A DNA stretch of 64,000 nt, taken from Gemmatimonadota bacterium (GTDB lineage: Bacteria; Gemmatimonadota; Gemmatimonadetes; Gemmatimonadales; GWC2-71-9). The stretch is from assembly GCA_039586815.1 (NCBI GenBank), contig JBDHJR010000004.1, positions 95,212-159,211 on the forward strand, in the 5' to 3' direction. This document shows, one piece after another, positions 26,755 through 36,465 of this stretch. Each line of letters begins with the position of its first letter. The first letter of the stretch is position 1. The position numbers were made by a program, and so were the translations under genes. The notes beneath the pieces were generated by a model. It had not been told where the DNA came from, ran no database searches, and saw only the letters and a program-made list of their open reading frames with translations.

Positions 26755-26783
26755 TTGATAACGGCCCTCGGCGTGTCTACATT
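26755..26783 (+). promoter_or_regulatory. sigma70-like promoter for tRNA-Asp (TTGATA-17-TACATT)
   Basis: TTGATA 26755-26760, 17-nt spacer, TACATT 26778-26783. The predicted TSS is about 13 nt before the mature tRNA 5' end. Confidence 0.5.
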
Positions 26784-26802
26784 GCCACGCTACCTGTGGT
26801 AT

Positions 26803-26877
26803 GGGGCTGTAGCTCAGTTTGGTTAGAGTGCCGGTCTGTCACACCGGAGGCCGCGGGTTCAAGTCCCGTCAGCCCCG
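26803..26877 (+). tRNA. tRNA-Asp (anticodon GTC)
   Basis: Hand-folded. Acceptor GGGGCTG/CAGCCCC, anticodon arm CCGGT-CTGTCAC-ACCGG, T arm GCGGG-TTCAAGT-CCCGT, discriminator G. 75 nt. Confidence 0.9.
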
Positions 26878-26906
26878 CTCGCATCATGACGTCTCCAGTG
26901 AGTACC

Positions 26907-26931
26907 GGCCCCGCGCAACGTTCGCGGGGCC
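26907..26931 (+). terminator. GC-rich hairpin downstream of tRNA-Asp
   Basis: GGCCCCGCG-caacgtt-CGCGGGGCC (9-bp stem) followed by GTCGCTTTA, which is only a weak U-tract. Confidence 0.4.
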
Positions 26932-26953
26932 GTCGCTTTATGGGGGTAATTGC

Positions 26954-27859
26954 TTGAGGGAGCGCCACCTGCCGGTCCTCGCGGATGCCGTCGCCGAGCT
27001 GGTGGCGGGCTGTCGCCGCGTGGTGGACGGCACGGTCGGCGGCGGCGGCCACGCGGAGCGGATGAGGGCCGCGGGGGCCGAGGTGCTGGCGGTGGACCGC
27101 GACCCCGACGCGCGGGCCCGCGCCCGGGAACAGCTGGGCGACCAAGGCACATACTGGGTTCCTGGGCGCTTCGGCGACCCCGGGGTGCTGGCCGAGATCG
27201 CCCGCTTCCAACCCGATTTCGTGCTGCTCGACCTGGGGGTCTCCTCCGAGCAGCTCGACACCGATGAACGGGGCTTCTCTTTTCGCCCCGGGGTGCCGCT
27301 CGACATGCGCATGGACCGCAGCGGCCCCAGCGCGGCAGATCTGCTGAACCGGCTCCCCCAGAGCGAGCTGGCGGAGATCTTCCGCGATTACGGCGACGAG
27401 CGGCGCTCCCGCCGCCTCGCGGCTACCGTGGTGCGGCGCCGCCGTAGTCCTTTCGCCACCAGCGACGACCTGGTGAACGCCATCCGAGATGCCCTGGGGC
27501 CGCGCACCGGCCCGTCGACCTTCGCCCGGCTGTTCCAGGCGGTGCGCATCGCGGTCAACGACGAGCTGGGCGAGCTGCGCCGGGCGCTTCCGGCCCTGCG
27601 CGACGCGCTCCAACCCGGGGGCAGGTTGGCCGTGATTAGCTATCATTCGGGCGAGGATCGAATCGTGAAACACATGTTTCGGGAGTGGGCGCGATCGTGT
27701 GTGTGTCCGCCGGCGCAGCCCGTGTGCAACTGCCGCGGCCGTGCTCTCGGGCAGCTCGACCCGCCCAAGCCGGTTCTGCCCGCGGCTGCCGAGATAGCCG
27801 CCAACCCGCGCGCGCGAAGCGCCAGGTTACGCGCGTTCCGGACGCATGGTACAACCTAG
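26954..27859 (+). CDS. rsmH: 16S rRNA (cytosine1402-N4)-methyltransferase RsmH/MraW
   Basis: HLPVLADAVAELV, DGTVGGGGHAE, LDLGVSSEQLD, SYHSGEDRIVK. TTG 26954 lies 6 nt after GGGGGT. The track start 26819 would overlap tRNA-Asp. Confidence 0.88.
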   Translation: MRERHLPVLADAVAELVAGCRRVVDGTVGGGGHAERMRAAGAEVLAVDRDPDARARAREQLGDQGTYWVPGRFGDPGVLAEIARFQPDFVLLDLGVSSEQLDTDERGFSFRPGVPLDMRMDRSGPSAADLLNRLPQSELAEIFRDYGDERRSRRLAATVVRRRRSPFATSDDLVNAIRDALGPRTGPSTFARLFQAVRIAVNDELGELRRALPALRDALQPGGRLAVISYHSGEDRIVKHMFREWARSCVCPPAQPVCNCRGRALGQLDPPKPVLPAAAEIAANPRARSARLRAFRTHGTT

Positions 27860-28136
27860 AGGCCGCGTCTGGGTCGCTCTGTGGCTCGTATTCGTCCTCG
27901 CCATCCTGGCGTGGGTCGTCGCGCGGCAGACCTCTGCGGTGGTGAGTGCGGGCGAGCTGGATGACCTGCGCAACGAGCGCTCGCTGCTCGAGGCGCGCCG
28001 CGCCGAACTGCTGCGACGCATTCGCGAGGGGGAGAGCCGCGCAGTGCTCGTCCCCCGTGCAGAGTCGCTGGGTCTCCGTATGCCTGCCGACAGCGAGATA
28101 GTGATCCTGCCCGCGCCAGTCCCCGGAGAGCGCTGA
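27846..28136 (+). CDS. ftsL: cell division protein FtsL
   Basis: 96 aa, single TM (VWVALWLVFVLAILAWVV) followed by a coiled coil. Position between rsmH and ftsI. Confidence 0.75.
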   Translation: MVQPRGRVWVALWLVFVLAILAWVVARQTSAVVSAGELDDLRNERSLLEARRAELLRRIREGESRAVLVPRAESLGLRMPADSEIVILPAPVPGER

Positions 28137-28139
28137 CGC

Positions 28140-30062
28140 ATGGCGCGCGAGCGGGTGAGGTTGCGAGTGGTGCAGCTGGCGTTTGGTCTCGCCCTGCTGG
28201 TGCTCCTGGTGCGTGCCGCGCAGGTACAGCTCGGTCAGGGAGGGCGGCACTACGCGACCGCTCAGGCGCAGGGCACCGAGCGCGTCGAGCTTCCCGCGCG
28301 GCGCGGCACGATCTACGATCGCAACGGCGTTCCACTGGCGCTCACCCAGGAGATATTCCGCGTCGGGGTCGCGCCAAACGAGTTGCGCGACACGGCGGTT
28401 GCCGCGCGCGCTCTAGCCGACGCGCTGGACGTCCCTCTCACAACGGTCCGGCGCCGTCTGCAGCAGTCGTGGGTGCACTTCCACGGTCCCTACTCCGCAG
28501 TTCAAGTGGCGCCGTTGCGGCTGCTCAGAGGAGTGTATCCCGAGCGGGAGCTGGTGCGATTCTATCCCGATCCCGACCTCGCGAGCGTCGTGTTGGGACG
28601 GCCCGAGGCCGAGGGGCGGCCCTCCAGCGGGCTGGAGCGGATGTTGGACGAGTGGCTCGTTGGCGTACCGGGGCAGGCGGTGGTGCTGCGGGACCGACAG
28701 GGCCGGCGAATCGAGTCACCCTCGAGCCTGTCGGCCTTTCCGGTGCCGGGGCACGACGTGTACCTGACGATTGACGCCGAGTTGCAGGAGATCGTGGAGC
28801 GGGCTCTGCTGGACGGGATCGACCGCTACGAGGCGCTCGGTGGGGACGTGGTGGCCCTGAATCCCCGCAGCGGGGAGATTCTGGCGATCGCCTCTCGCGA
28901 CGCAGACGGGCGTAGTGTGGCGAGCGCCTTCACCAGCGTATTCGAGCCGGGCTCGACCGCGAAGCTGTTCGCAGCCGGGGCGCTGCTCAGCAATGGCGTC
29001 GCGGAAGCCGATGACAGCGTGTGGGCCGAGGAAGGGGAGTTTCGCTACGGCGACCGAACGATCCACGACGACCATCCGAACGGCTGGCTCACCCTCGCCG
29101 GTGTGATCGAGCAGTCGAGCAACATCGGTATCGTGAAGCTGGGGCAGCGCCTCAGCGCGGTACAGCAATACGAGATGCTGCGCGACTTCGGACTCGGCAC
29201 ACCCACCGGAGTTGAGTACCCGGCCGAATCGCCGGGGCTGCTGAAGCCGCCCCACGAGTGGAGCGGCACGACGCCTGCCAGTCTCGCCATGGGGTACGAG
29301 GTCGCCGTGACCGTGCTCCAGTTGGCGCAGGCCTACGCCGCCGTCGCAAGCGGGGGCGTCCTGGTGCAACCCACCTTGGTGGGCGAGATCCGCAGGCCGG
29401 AAGGCAAGACGGTGTACCGGCACGTGCCGGAGCCGGTGCGCCGCGTGGTGCAGCCCGACGTGGCGGCCCAGCTGCGCGCCATGCTGCACGGAGTCGTGTA
29501 CCGTGGAGGAACCGGGGCCACGGCGGCCCTCTCGAGTTACGAGATCGCCGGTAAGACGGGAACGGCGCGCCGCGCCGGTCCCGGCGGCTATGTTCCCGGC
29601 TCATACGTGGCGAACTTCGCGTCGCTGTTCCCCGCCGACGATCCCCAGATCGTAATGGTCGTGAAGCTGGACGACCCGCAAGGCGCCTATGCACAGCTCA
29701 CCGCCGCTCCGATCACCCGGGAGGTCGTGGAGCAGCTGCTCGCGGCGCAATCGGGGGCGCTCGATCGGGCGCGCCTCACCGCCGAGGGGGCACCGGTATC
29801 GTCCGATCCGGCCATCGCGGCGGGGACCGTACCCTACGTGGTGGAGTGGCCTCCCCAGGAGCCCCGAGATCCGGGTGCGTCCAGCACCGTGCCGGACGTG
29901 TCGGGCAGTACGCTGCGCGATGCGGCACGGGCACTGCATCGCGCGGGCCTGAGAATGCGGGTTGAGGGTTGGGGCACGGTCACAAGAACCGATCCACCGT
30001 CCGGCACCCGTGTGGCACCCGGTACGCTGGTGACGGTCACCGCCAGGGAGCGCAGCCGATGA
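28140..30062 (+). CDS. ftsI: peptidoglycan D,D-transpeptidase FtsI (class B PBP) with C-terminal PASTA domain
   Basis: N-terminal TM, dimerisation domain, and transpeptidase motifs STAK (FEPGSTAKLF), SSN (IEQSSNIG), KTG (AGKTGTA). PASTA-like tail VPDVSGSTLRDAARALHRAGL...GTLVTVTA. Confidence 0.9.
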   Translation: MARERVRLRVVQLAFGLALLVLLVRAAQVQLGQGGRHYATAQAQGTERVELPARRGTIYDRNGVPLALTQEIFRVGVAPNELRDTAVAARALADALDVPLTTVRRRLQQSWVHFHGPYSAVQVAPLRLLRGVYPERELVRFYPDPDLASVVLGRPEAEGRPSSGLERMLDEWLVGVPGQAVVLRDRQGRRIESPSSLSAFPVPGHDVYLTIDAELQEIVERALLDGIDRYEALGGDVVALNPRSGEILAIASRDADGRSVASAFTSVFEPGSTAKLFAAGALLSNGVAEADDSVWAEEGEFRYGDRTIHDDHPNGWLTLAGVIEQSSNIGIVKLGQRLSAVQQYEMLRDFGLGTPTGVEYPAESPGLLKPPHEWSGTTPASLAMGYEVAVTVLQLAQAYAAVASGGVLVQPTLVGEIRRPEGKTVYRHVPEPVRRVVQPDVAAQLRAMLHGVVYRGGTGATAALSSYEIAGKTGTARRAGPGGYVPGSYVANFASLFPADDPQIVMVVKLDDPQGAYAQLTAAPITREVVEQLLAAQSGALDRARLTAEGAPVSSDPAIAAGTVPYVVEWPPQEPRDPGASSTVPDVSGSTLRDAARALHRAGLRMRVEGWGTVTRTDPPSGTRVAPGTLVTVTARERSR

Positions 30063-31525
30063 GCCGCTTCGCCGGAATCCTGCGCGCCCTCGAGCAGGGC
30101 GGGCAGTTGGAGCGCGCACCCGGTGAGCCGGTCGAGGTCACCGGTGTCGCCGACGACTCACGCCGCGTCACGGCCGGCACTCTGTTCTGCGCCGTTGCGG
30201 GCACGGCGGAGGACGGTCACGCGTACGTCGCCGACGCGGCGGCCCGCGGTGCCGCGGCGGCGTTGGTGACGCGATCCCTGCCGGCGGAGCTTCCCCAGGT
30301 GCTGGTACGCGACGGGCGGGCCGCTGCGAGCATCGCGGCCCGGGAGTGGTACGGCTGGCCGGCCGACCGGCTCGAGCTCACGGCTGTAACCGGCACGAAC
30401 GGTAAGACCACGACCGTCGCGATACTGCGGCACCTGTTGAACGCCGACGGACGCGCGGCTTCGATCGGCACTCTAGGTGCGTTCGACGCCGCCGGAGAGG
30501 CACTCGCGGGGTATGGGGCGCTCACTACGCCGGGCACGGTCGAGCTGCAGGCGGTTCTCGCGGGCTTCCGCGAGCGCGGCGTCGAGCGTGTCGTCATGGA
30601 GGCGTCGTCGCACGCGCTCGATCAGCGCCGCCTCGACACGCTCGCGCTACGGGCCGCGGTGTACACCAACCTCACGCACGAGCACCTCGACTATCATCCC
30701 GACCTCGAAGCGTACCGTCAGGCCAAGCTATTGCTGTCGACGTACGTGGGACCCGGTGGCGTGGAGGTGGTGAACCGGGATGACGAGGCGTGGCGTGACC
30801 TCCCCGAGCGACCCGGAGTGAGGCGTGTGTGGTGGGGCAGGGGAGCGGACGTCGAGGTGTCCGCGAGCGAGGTCAAGCTCGCGGCGGCGGGTGCCGTGTT
30901 CGTGCTCAACCTCGGTGAGACGTCGCTGCCGGTGCGACCTCCCCTGCTGGGGGATTACAACGTCAGCAATGCGCTCGCGGCGGCCGGGACGGCGTGGGCC
31001 CTGGGTGTCGAGCCCGAGGTGATCGCCGCCCGCCTCGCGACGGCACCACAGGTTCCAGGACGCATGGAGCGGCTGGCGGACTGCGGCTTCGTAGTATTGC
31101 GGGACTACGCGCACACTCAGGATGCGCTAGAGCGCGTGCTGCAGACTTTGCGGCCCATGGCCCGGGGACGCCTCATCGTGTTGTTCGGTGCGGGCGGCGA
31201 TCGCGATCGCGCCAAGCGGCCCCTCATGGGGCGTGCGGTGGCGCGCGGCGCCGACCTAGCCGTGCTCACCGAAGACAACCCCCGCAGCGAGGATCCCGAA
31301 CGGATCATCGACGATATCGAGCAGGGGATGGAGAACGCGCCCCGCTTGCGCATCACCGACAGGCGCGAGGCCATCCATCAGGTCGTGGCGGACCTCAGGG
31401 ACGGCGACTGCCTGCTGCTGGCGGGGAAGGGACACGAGACCTACCAGATCTACGGAACGGAGCGCCAGCCGTTCGACGAGCGAGAGATCGTGCGCGAGGC
31501 GGTGCGCGCCAGGGGGATCACATGA
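30059..31525 (+). CDS. murE: UDP-N-acetylmuramoyl-L-alanyl-D-glutamate--2,6-diaminopimelate ligase
   Basis: VTGTNGKTTT P-loop, Mur ligase middle and C-terminal domains, DNPR motif (TEDNPRSEDP). ATG 30059 in an ATGA overlap. Confidence 0.9.
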   Translation: MSRFAGILRALEQGGQLERAPGEPVEVTGVADDSRRVTAGTLFCAVAGTAEDGHAYVADAAARGAAAALVTRSLPAELPQVLVRDGRAAASIAAREWYGWPADRLELTAVTGTNGKTTTVAILRHLLNADGRAASIGTLGAFDAAGEALAGYGALTTPGTVELQAVLAGFRERGVERVVMEASSHALDQRRLDTLALRAAVYTNLTHEHLDYHPDLEAYRQAKLLLSTYVGPGGVEVVNRDDEAWRDLPERPGVRRVWWGRGADVEVSASEVKLAAAGAVFVLNLGETSLPVRPPLLGDYNVSNALAAAGTAWALGVEPEVIAARLATAPQVPGRMERLADCGFVVLRDYAHTQDALERVLQTLRPMARGRLIVLFGAGGDRDRAKRPLMGRAVARGADLAVLTEDNPRSEDPERIIDDIEQGMENAPRLRITDRREAIHQVVADLRDGDCLLLAGKGHETYQIYGTERQPFDEREIVREAVRARGIT

Positions 31526-32880
31526 CACGCTGGCCCGGCGAGCGGGTGGCACGGGCGCTGGGGGTGGAGGCGTCGACCGGCCCGGATTTCACCGGGATCG
31601 GCACGGATACGCGCGCCCTCGAGCCCGGGATGCTGTTCGTCGCGCTGGTGGGCGAGCAATACGACGGGCACGACTTCCTGCGCGACGCGGCACGGCGCGG
31701 GGCAACCGGCGCGGTGGTACGGCGCGGCACGCCGCCGCAGCCGGGCCTGGCGATGTTCGAAGTGGACGATACGCTGGCCGCCCTGGGCGCACTGGCACGT
31801 GAGCGCCGCCGCGACATAACTGGTCCCGTAGTCGCCGTTACCGGCAGCAACGGCAAGACCGCTACCAAGGAGATGCTGGCCGGGGCAATGGGTACCGCAT
31901 GGAGCGTGCACGCCACGAGCGGCAACCTCAACAACATGGTCGGGGTGCCGCTCACGATCCTGGCCGCGCCCGACGAGGCCGAGGCTCTGGTGGTGGAGGC
32001 GGGCGCGAGCCTTCCCGGGGAGATTGCGCGGCTGAGAGACATCATCGAGCCCACTCTCGCGGTGGTGACCAACGTGGCCACGGCACACGTCGAGGGGTTC
32101 GGCTCGCTCGAGGGCGTGCTGGCCGAGAAGATCGAGTTGCTGCGCGACGCTACGGCGGTAGTGGGGACGGTTCCGCCCGCGCTGGCGCGGCGGGCGCGCG
32201 AGGCGGCCCAGCGCGTGGTGGTGGCCGGGACCGATCGGTCCGCCGACGTGCGGCCCGACGCCTGGGGACTGGACGGAGAGGGCAAGGTGGAGTTGACGCT
32301 GGACGGAGTCCCCGTGCGCCTGCCCCTGGTGGGCAAGCACCAGGCCGACAACGCCATGCTGGCTCTGGCGGCGAGCGGATTGCTGGAGCTGGATCTCGCT
32401 GCGGTCGCCACTGCGCTGGCCGAGATCACGCTGCCGCCGGGACGCTGCGAGGTGCTACACAGCGGAGACCTCGTGTTGCTCAACGACGCGTACAACGCCA
32501 ATCCCCAATCGCTCACTGCGTCGCTGGAAACGGCCGCGGTAATGCGCGGCGACCGACCCCTGGTGGTGCTGCTCGGCACCATGCTGGAGTTGGGAGCGGA
32601 GGCCGCCGAGCACCATCGTGCGATGGCGGACCGGGTGATGCGGGACGATCCGGCGCTGGTAGCCGTGGTGGGTGAGTTCGTCGCCGGGTTCGAGCGGCAC
32701 GCGGACGCCCTGGGCGACAGGTTGATTACGGCGGCGGACGCCACCACTTTGGGAGAGCGCGTGAGCCGGAGGCTCACGGGAAACGAGTTCGTGCTGGTCA
32801 AGGCGTCGCGCGGCGTGCAGCTCGAGCGCGCCATTCCCTATCTCGTTCCGGATAGCGATACGTGCTCTACCATCTCCTAA
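31522..32880 (+). CDS. murF: UDP-N-acetylmuramoyl-tripeptide--D-alanyl-D-alanine ligase
   Basis: VTGSNGKTATKEM, NNMVGVPLT, LNDAYNANP. ATG 31522 in an ATGA overlap. Confidence 0.9.
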   Translation: MTRWPGERVARALGVEASTGPDFTGIGTDTRALEPGMLFVALVGEQYDGHDFLRDAARRGATGAVVRRGTPPQPGLAMFEVDDTLAALGALARERRRDITGPVVAVTGSNGKTATKEMLAGAMGTAWSVHATSGNLNNMVGVPLTILAAPDEAEALVVEAGASLPGEIARLRDIIEPTLAVVTNVATAHVEGFGSLEGVLAEKIELLRDATAVVGTVPPALARRAREAAQRVVVAGTDRSADVRPDAWGLDGEGKVELTLDGVPVRLPLVGKHQADNAMLALAASGLLELDLAAVATALAEITLPPGRCEVLHSGDLVLLNDAYNANPQSLTASLETAAVMRGDRPLVVLLGTMLELGAEAAEHHRAMADRVMRDDPALVAVVGEFVAGFERHADALGDRLITAADATTLGERVSRRLTGNEFVLVKASRGVQLERAIPYLVPDSDTCSTIS

Positions 32881-33983
32881 GCCCGCTGGCCGAACGGTTC
32901 ATCGCGTTCAATCTCTTCAACTACATCTCCTTCCGTGCAGCCGGCGCGGCGGCGACGGCCATCGTGCTTGCGTTTCTGGCGGGGCCCGCGGTCATTCGCC
33001 GCCTCAAGGCCCGCAACGTAGGGCAGGTGATCCGGGCCGAGGGACCCGCCTCCCATCAGGCGAAGCGGGGCACGCCCACGATGGGTGGACTGATCATCCT
33101 CGTCGCCACCCTGGTGCCCACCGTACTGTGGGCCCGGCTCGACAACCGTTACGTGGTGGTGGCGGCCATCGCGACGCTGTGGATGGGTGCGATCGGGTTC
33201 GTGGACGACTACCTCAAGTTCGTGTCGGGCAAGTCCCGCGGACTGGTGGCGCGGCACAAGCTGATCGGCCAGGTCACCTTCGGGATGGTGCTGGGCACGT
33301 ACCTGTTGCTCTATCCCCTGGCCGACAACCTGCCTGCCAACGCCACGACGCTGCCGTTCTTCAAGTACGTGCTGCTCCCGCTGCCGCCGCTGCTGTACGT
33401 GGCGTTCGTGACCCTGGTGCTAAGCGGCACGAGCAACGCGGTCAACCTGACCGATGGGCTCGACGGCCTGGCCATCGGGCTGACCGCCGTTGCTGCGCTG
33501 GCGTTCGCAATCTTCGCCTACCTGTTCGGCCGGATCGACATGGCCGAGTACCTGTGGGTCTACTACTTGCCCGGCACCGGCGAGCTCACGGTCTTCTGCG
33601 CCGCGCTGCTGGGCGCCGCGCTCGGGTTCCTCTGGTTCAACGCCCAACCCGCCCAGGTGTTCATGGGCGACACGGGCAGCCTCGCCATCGGCGGCGCCTT
33701 CGGCACGGTCGCGATCCTGATGAAGTCGGAGTTCCTGTTGCTGCTGGTTGGTGGAGTATTCGCGGCCGAGGCCGTCTCGGTCATTCTGCAGACGGGCGTC
33801 TACAAGTGGCACAAGCGGCGGCGCGGCAGGGAGTACGCCGATCAGCACCGCGTGTTCCGCATGGCACCGCTGCACCACCATTTTGAAAAGCTGGGGTGGC
33901 CCGAGTCCAAGGTGGTGATGCGGTTCTACATCATCGGGATTCTTTGCGCCCTGTTCGCGCTGTCGACCCTGAAGATCAGATGA
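32862..33983 (+). CDS. mraY: phospho-N-acetylmuramoyl-pentapeptide transferase
   Basis: KRGTPTMGG, NAVNLTDGLDGLA, MGDTGSLAIGG, APLHHHFE. Multi-TM. Confidence 0.93.
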   Translation: MLYHLLSPLAERFIAFNLFNYISFRAAGAAATAIVLAFLAGPAVIRRLKARNVGQVIRAEGPASHQAKRGTPTMGGLIILVATLVPTVLWARLDNRYVVVAAIATLWMGAIGFVDDYLKFVSGKSRGLVARHKLIGQVTFGMVLGTYLLLYPLADNLPANATTLPFFKYVLLPLPPLLYVAFVTLVLSGTSNAVNLTDGLDGLAIGLTAVAALAFAIFAYLFGRIDMAEYLWVYYLPGTGELTVFCAALLGAALGFLWFNAQPAQVFMGDTGSLAIGGAFGTVAILMKSEFLLLLVGGVFAAEAVSVILQTGVYKWHKRRRGREYADQHRVFRMAPLHHHFEKLGWPESKVVMRFYIIGILCALFALSTLKIR

Positions 33984-35323
33984 TCCCCGACGCCTGGCGG
34001 GGCGGCGAGGTAGCTGTGGTGGGCCTGGGGCGCAGTGGCGTGGCTGCCGGGAAGTGGCTGGCGGCGCACGGCGTGAGCGTGTACGCCTCCGACGTGGCGG
34101 AGGGCGAAGCCGTGCTTCAGGGTGCACGGCAGCTGGCCGATCTGGGCGCTGCCGTGGAGACGGGGAGACACGACCTCGAGCGCATCCGGGCGGCGCGTGC
34201 GGTGGTAGTTTCACCCGGGGTACCGCCCGATGCGCCGCCGCTGGCGGCGGCGCGGGACGCGGGCGTCGAGGTCATCGCGGAGTTGGATCTCGCCGTGCGG
34301 CAGCTCGGCGCGTCACGGCTCGCCGTGGTGACCGGCACCAACGGCAAGACCACCACCACCGCGCTGCTGGCGCACCTGCTCGGCGCCGCTGGGTTCCGTG
34401 CCGAAGCGGCGGGCAACATCGGTCGGCCCCTGACGGAACTGGCTACCGACGATGCGCTGCCCGACTGGATCGCGGTGGAGGTGTCCTCCTTCCAGCTACA
34501 CGACGCGCCCCACCTCGTGCCGGCCATCGGCGTGCTCACCAACCTGGCGCCCGACCACCTGGACCGGTACCCCGACGTGGAGGCGTACTACGCGGACAAG
34601 CGGCTGCTCTTCCGCAACGCCACCGCCGATTCGGTCTGGGTGCTGAACGCCGATGACCGCGCGGTGCTCGACCTGGCGCGGGGAGCTGCCGGAGAGCAAC
34701 GCCACTGGAGCCTGGAGCAGCGCCGTGATGCGTGGTTCGATCGCGCGGCCGGGCAGTTGATGCTGGATGATGAGCCGCTGTTGGCCCGGGCCGAGCTCGG
34801 GCTGCTGGGAGACCACAACGTGGCCAACGCGCTGGCAGCTGCACTGGCAGCCGCAAGCGCCGGCGTAGCGACTACGGACATTGCGCGAGGGCTCGCCACG
34901 TTCCTGCCGCAGCCGCACCGGCTCGAGCCCGTGGCAACGGTGCGCGACGTTGAGTGGATCAACGACTCCAAGGCGACCAACGTATCGGCGGCGGGAGTGG
35001 CGCTGCGCGCCATGACGGGCCCGTACGTGGTGATCATGGGTGGGCGGCACAAGGGCGAGCCATACGCCGCTCTGGCGCCGCTGCCCGGTGTGTGCCGCGC
35101 CATAGTGGCGTACGGCGAAGCCGCCGACAGCATCGCCGCCGACCTGGCACGAGCCGCCCCGCTGGAGCGGGTTGCACGGTTCGACGACGCCGTGGCACGG
35201 GCGGCGCAGTTGGCGCAAGCGGGAGACGTGGTACTCCTCTCGCCCGCCTGCTCCAGCTTCGATCAGTTCGCCAACTTCGAGCAGCGCGGCCTGCACTTTC
35301 GGAAGCTGGTGGAGGCGATGTGA
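33980..35323 (+). CDS. murD: UDP-N-acetylmuramoylalanine--D-glutamate ligase
   Basis: VVGLGRSGVAA, VTGTNGKTTTT, NDSKATN. ATG 33980 in an ATGA overlap. Confidence 0.9.
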   Translation: MIPDAWRGGEVAVVGLGRSGVAAGKWLAAHGVSVYASDVAEGEAVLQGARQLADLGAAVETGRHDLERIRAARAVVVSPGVPPDAPPLAAARDAGVEVIAELDLAVRQLGASRLAVVTGTNGKTTTTALLAHLLGAAGFRAEAAGNIGRPLTELATDDALPDWIAVEVSSFQLHDAPHLVPAIGVLTNLAPDHLDRYPDVEAYYADKRLLFRNATADSVWVLNADDRAVLDLARGAAGEQRHWSLEQRRDAWFDRAAGQLMLDDEPLLARAELGLLGDHNVANALAAALAAASAGVATTDIARGLATFLPQPHRLEPVATVRDVEWINDSKATNVSAAGVALRAMTGPYVVIMGGRHKGEPYAALAPLPGVCRAIVAYGEAADSIAADLARAAPLERVARFDDAVARAAQLAQAGDVVLLSPACSSFDQFANFEQRGLHFRKLVEAM

Positions 35324-36465
35324 GGGTCGCGCGGATCGACGCACCGGTCATGTGGGAGAGTCGCTTGCTGGGGATAGTCGCGGCGACGCTCGTGGTGTTC
35401 GGCGTGGCCGCTGTGTACGGGGCGTCGAGCATCTGGGCCGTGCAGAGCGGTCACCCGGGGAGCTACTTCGCGTTGCGCCAACTGATCGGCGCAGTGTTCG
35501 GCGTGGTACTGCTGCTGGTCGCCGCCCGCGTGGACTACCACGTGTGGCAGAGATACGCCTGGCCGCTGCTCGGTATCGCGGCAGTGTTGCTCATCGTGCC
35601 GCTGCTTCCGTTCACGCGTGCCATCGCCCCCGAGGTGAACGGAGCCCGCCGCTGGCTCACGCTCGGTCCCGTCACGGTCCAGCCATCCGAATTGGCGAAG
35701 CTGGTGGTCGTGATGTGGACGGCGATGCTCGCCGTGAAGAAGGGCGCGCAGGTGCGCGAGTTCAAGCGCGGCCTGATGCCCTTCGTCGTGATCCTCTTTC
35801 CGGTGGCGTTGCTGATTCTGCTGGAGCCCGACCTCTCCACCGCCGCGGTGGTCGCGCTGCTGGCCGGCCTCGTGCTGTTTGCAGCCGGTGCGCGCATCGG
35901 TCACTTCCTGCTGCTGGGCATAGTGATGCTGCCCCTGTTGTGGCACGAGTTGGTGTCGGCCCAGTACCGCCTGGCGCGCATGGTGAGCTTTCTCAGCGCG
36001 GGCGGCGACGTCGCCGAGTCCAACTGGCAGATACAGCAGTCGCTCATCGGGATCGGGGCGGGGCGGGTGCTGGGTGTGGGCTTCGGCGAGGGGCTGCAGA
36101 AGCTGGGCTACCTGCCGTACGCATACTCCGACTTCATCTTCTCGACCATCGGCGAGGAGTGGGGGTTCTTCGGTGTCTCGCTGGTGATCGCGCTGCTGGG
36201 ACTCTACTTGGGTCTGGGTTTCCGCGTGGCCACCACGGCGGCGGACCCGTTCGGTAAGCTCCTGGCGACGGGACTCACCGCGATGATCGGGATCGCGGCC
36301 GTGCTGCACGTCGGGGTGACGCTGGCAGTCGTGCCGACAACCGGGATTCCGCTGCCGTTCATCTCATACGGACGCTCGAGCCTGCTGGTCTCCCTGGTGG
36401 CCACCGGCATCATCATCAACATCGCCGACCGCCGTCCCGCAACCGCTACGGGGAAGAGGCGGTGA
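35320..36465 (+). CDS. ftsW: SEDS peptidoglycan polymerase FtsW
   Basis: About 10 TM; RWLTLGPVTVQPSELAKL, SDFIFSTIGEEWGF, PLPFISYGRSS. GTG 35320 (alternative ATG 35350). Confidence 0.88.
   Translation: MRVARIDAPVMWESRLLGIVAATLVVFGVAAVYGASSIWAVQSGHPGSYFALRQLIGAVFGVVLLLVAARVDYHVWQRYAWPLLGIAAVLLIVPLLPFTRAIAPEVNGARRWLTLGPVTVQPSELAKLVVVMWTAMLAVKKGAQVREFKRGLMPFVVILFPVALLILLEPDLSTAAVVALLAGLVLFAAGARIGHFLLLGIVMLPLLWHELVSAQYRLARMVSFLSAGGDVAESNWQIQQSLIGIGAGRVLGVGFGEGLQKLGYLPYAYSDFIFSTIGEEWGFFGVSLVIALLGLYLGLGFRVATTAADPFGKLLATGLTAMIGIAAVLHVGVTLAVVPTTGIPLPFISYGRSSLLVSLVATGIIINIADRRPATATGKRR

Noticed and set aside
24818-26877. Secreted-protein gene flanked by tRNA-Val and tRNA-Asp as a possible integrated element.
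   Set aside because: No integrase or recombinase, no duplicated tRNA 3' fragment or direct repeats, and composition that looks like the surroundings. Most likely this is ordinary chromosomal context.
26819-26953. N-terminal extension of rsmH from the track start at 26819.
   Set aside because: It would run through tRNA-Asp and its terminator-like hairpin. The conserved RsmH N-terminus (HLPVL) begins right after TTG 26954, which has a GGGGGT SD.
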